DNA of 64,000 bases from Perkinsus chesapeaki ATCC PRA-425 (Eukaryota > Protista > Perkinsozoa). The stretch lies in NCBI GenBank assembly GCA_013115145.1, contig JAAPAO010000119.1, positions 6,834 through 70,833 of the forward strand. The letters run 5' to 3'. The position numbers were made by a program, and so were the translations under genes. The notes beneath the pieces are model-generated. The model was not told the origin of the DNA and searched no databases. It worked only from the letters and a program-made list of their open reading frames with translations. Of the stretch, positions 61,301-64,000 are shown piece by piece; within the stretch, counting starts at the first letter, position 1; each line of letters begins with the position of its first letter.

Positions 61301-61933
61301 AATCGAACGCGTAAAATTTTACGGAAAAAATCGGTAAAATTTTTCTCAGGAAATTCGCCCGATTTATCGACCCTACTAATGAGTGTTTGAAAGAGGCGAG
61401 TGAAGTTATTGATGCGATGAGGAAACGAGGAGAACCTACCGTAAGAATTGGGAATCTTTATAGTGCGTAAAATATCTTTGTAGTGCGTAAAATATCTTTG
61501 TAGTGCGTAAAATATCTTTATAATGCGTAATTGAAATTTATAGGACATAAGATATCTAGTCCAAAATTATTTCGGCAAAATAAGTATATTATACTGAATA
61601 AGATAGACTTATAGCGCGTGATAATTCTTCATAGTGCGTAACGCATCTTTGGGTATCTTCGAAGCATCTCGAGAAATATAGTGTCTCCAGCGATCTATCT
61701 CATCTCAATTTCATGTATATCATCCACAATCTACACACGTAATGGTATCTTTTTTAAAACTACCGGAATCTTTTTAGGTCCCTTCTATGCTCGTCGATGA
61801 GCTCAACTGTAATCCATTCCTTAGAGTTGATAATGAGGCTATTCAGAAGCGTGCTGCGGAGTTGACCGGGACAGAGGCAGTGAGTCTTAGTGATGTCTTT
61901 GCTCAAGTTAGACTGCTTAAAGACAGTTTTTGA
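58215..61933 (+). CDS. GLO2: Hydroxyacylglutathione hydrolase (glyoxalase II); multi-exon
   Basis: ATG 58215; DNYGWIL, LVDTPE, THHHWDHTGGN, PGHTKGHV, FCGDTLFVLGCGRMFEG, FCAHEYSQSN, ELNCNPFLR; stop 61931-61933. Confidence 0.95.
60860..60902 (+). pseudogene. tRNA-Glu(TTC)-like 3' half at the 3' end of glyoxalase II intron 60408-60910
   Basis: GAGTTTCATGCGAACGACCCAGGTTCAATTCTCGGTAGGGGTG resembles the Glu pattern TTTCA..CGAACGACCCGGGTTCAATTCCCGG..GGGG; ends 8 nt before the acceptor. Confidence 0.65.
61461..61530. repeat. 20-bp intronic tandem repeat, about 3.5 copies
   Basis: Unit TAGTGCGTAAAATATCTTTG. Confidence 0.9.
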
Positions 61934-62212
61934 TTCAATTTGAATGTCTCAGAAGTCTCGTATTGAGTTAAGCTTCAGTGAATAGGTTCGATCGGGATTA
62001 CTAACCGCCTTTCTTTATCGTTATAATTGTGCCTTGAGTTCCACTAACTTATACACCGGAATTATGCGTCAGTCGAAGTTTGTGAACTGAGAGAGGCTAA
62101 TAGACAAGCCTGTTGATGTCACTCAGCGGGCGAGAATCACTTTTGTCTCAAGTTCGCGGTCATTTGCCATCACCTATTTTCTTTGTCGAGTGCAGAATAA
62201 TTTCATGAAAAA

Positions 62213-62285
62213 TGGAGAACCCGGGCATCGATCCCGGTGCCTCTCGCTTGCTAAGCGAGCGCTCTACCATTTGAGCTAGTCCCCC
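62213..62285 (-). tRNA. tRNA-Ala(AGC)
   Basis: Reverse complement GGGGGACTAGCTCAAATGGTAGAGCGCTCGCTTAGCAAGCGAGAGGCACCGGGATCGATGCCCGGGTTCTCCA then TTTTT; anticodon AGC and G3:U70 Ala identity pair. Confidence 0.95.
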
Positions 62286-62436
62286 TGTTGAATATAGTCG
62301 CCGCCCTTCAGGGTGTCCTAGTCTTACGAGAAAAACACCAAACGCTCCTAGGAGTCGCGAGCATATTTCTTATCATAGAACTGTACCCTATCCCCGCATT
62401 AGGAACAATTTTCGACAGTCGAGCGGCATATTTCCG

Positions 62437-64000
62437 CGAGGCTAGGATGAACATGACGCGACGATTAGATCACACCCCGATCAAGTGCGAATATAATGTA
62501 ATGGTATTTCTTTATCCAGCAGGAGAGCTCCTCAAAGCGGCTACGACCGCGGCTGGCAAGACTGGTCTTGGAGGGCAGCTCGAGTACTTCATTAATGGGG
62601 AACAGTAAGGCAGGTTCGGGGCGAACATTTGTGATAAAATGCTCAAGTTGAGCCATACTACGCATCGGCTTTGAGAGACGTGCATCAAGCTAAGATGCTT
62701 CAATCGCGAGAGCGCCGAGTTGGAATATCGGAACGGAAAGATGCGGATCATATAAAAAAAGCATTTAACACATTCGCCGGGAACCTACTGGATATATTAT
62801 TGATGTGGCAGTAGCAACAATTGACGACCGTGCAACTCGGATAAGAACTCACTGAAACTGGGGATAGTGCCAACGAGGATTTATTAGCCCCCATCTGACG
62901 CCTCTTCCTCATTTGCCGCCGAGTGCTGAGGAGATAATGCTATCGGGGGGATGCGACTGGCAGAAACTGACACGGTTGATGCACGCAGCTGACAATGTTA
63001 AGCAGGTGAAGTCATTCTTGGGACCACCTAGGCTACATACATAAGCACGCATGCAGCCGTGCAGTTTATAGGGCGCTTCGCTGAGGGTTATCACAAAGAG
63101 GAGAACTCGTTACGAAGATTCAATAAAATTTCGCCGTTTTTTCACAATTAGGACAGGGTCTTCGCGAAATTCCAGTCCAATGATAGGCCTGGTTAAAAAG
63201 GATTAAATAGGCGTACTGTGCGTAGGGGTGCCCCAATGGGAGTCTCTTACTGTCGATATTGGAGCTAGAAAGTTGCGGATACCTCCTTCCGCAGTGTGTG
63301 ATTGGTACAAAGCGATATCAGGGAGTCATAGAGAAAATGTTAGGCTCCATTTTTCGTATTTTCAACCAAAACTCCCATTGTATCTCCTCCGTATTACGAA
63401 AACGTTTCAGTGTGGCTAGATGCCCTCTGCCCGATGACTTTGCGATTTTCGCGATCATCAGGTTTGTAATCATTACGGTCTAGACAAGCTCGCCAACCGA
63501 GTCGATAAAATGCAAGGTGAATGGCTTGACTCGAGGCTGATGCACGACCCTCTCGATAGCGACGTCAAAACATTTTTACGCGACCACTGTGGGAACGATT
63601 TGTAAGTCGTACGTCGTGGCGTTTATGAGCCATCAGAGAGTAGAGATGTTGCTAACGTCATTTCTATTGTTAATATAAACTATTCGTCGATATACACAGT
63701 CCCGGGCTACCACTGGAGATAACGCAACCCACCATACGCTCGAGAGATACAGGTCAACCAAAAGTACACTGAGATCTTGAGCCAAGATGGCTACAGAAGA
63801 AGGGCTACAGTCAGCAGCTCCAAGAACGTCCAGGTCGATATATGTTCATATATATACGATTTATATATAAGCTCGATTGATACTACACCATTTCAAGATC
63901 TAATCAGTAAAAGCCAAGATCAAATTAATATAGCCCAGAACAGATTAGTAAAAGCCAAGACCAAATTAATATAGCCCAGAACAAATTAGTAAAAACCCAG
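62437..64000 (+). CDS. Probable multi-exon hypothetical protein, incomplete at the window end
   Basis: Exon-like segments bounded by AG/GT (VPQWESLTVDIGARKLRIPPSAVCDWYKAI; LDKLANRVDKMQGEWLDSRLMHDPLDSDVKTFLRDHCGND). No recognisable family and the start is a guess. Confidence 0.4.
63776..63797 (-). other. Genomic copy of the dinoflagellate/Perkinsus 22-nt spliced leader (relict, or degenerate SL RNA gene)
   Basis: Reverse complement TCTGTAGCCATCTTGGCTCAAG versus the known consensus NCCGTAGCCATYTTGGCTCAAG (one mismatch). It is followed by AT rather than GT. Confidence 0.85.
63906..64000. repeat. 41-bp tandem repeat, at least 2.3 copies, running off the window
   Basis: Unit AGTAAAAGCCAAGATCAAATTAATATAGCCCAGAACAGATT. 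Confidence 0.9.

Noticed and set aside
1-64000. Prokaryotic reading (operons, defence islands, prophage, retrons)
   Set aside because: Conserved proteins are split by GT-AG introns with pyrimidine tracts, and the genes are eukaryote-specific (PEX10, OTU1, tRNA-Ala with AGC anticodon).
1-64000. Stop-codon reassignment as an explanation for short ORFs
   Set aside because: Splicing restores the frames without read-through, and intronless genes are stop-free under the standard code.

Overview
This is intron-rich eukaryotic genomic DNA, not bacterial, so most ORFs in the supplied track are exon fragments, intron read-through or antisense shadows. A near-perfect 22-nt dinoflagellate/Perkinsus-type spliced-leader sequence at 63776-63797 and the gene style suggest a perkinsid alveolate (Perkinsus-like; inference). 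Contents from left to right: the 3' part of a heavily spliced fused glutamate synthase (to 18167); an intronless F-box-like ORF; an NAD-dependent sugar epimerase; OTU1/YOD1 deubiquitinase; an unknown helical-repeat gene; three intronless secreted gamma-glutamyl hydrolase paralogues, two lacking the catalytic Cys; an Asp-box/Kelch-like propeller gene; a tandem array of secreted, probably GPI-anchored 10-Cys proteins (B-A-B-A plus a pseudogene); PEX10; an AAAP amino-acid transporter; glyoxalase II; and tRNA-Ala. The most striking unexplained pattern is about a dozen tRNA genes or tRNA 3' fragments from several different tRNA types, nearly all in spliceosomal introns. Many abut splice sites, and in some cases they make up most of a 44-110 nt intron. 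All splice models and family calls were made by eye, without database searches.
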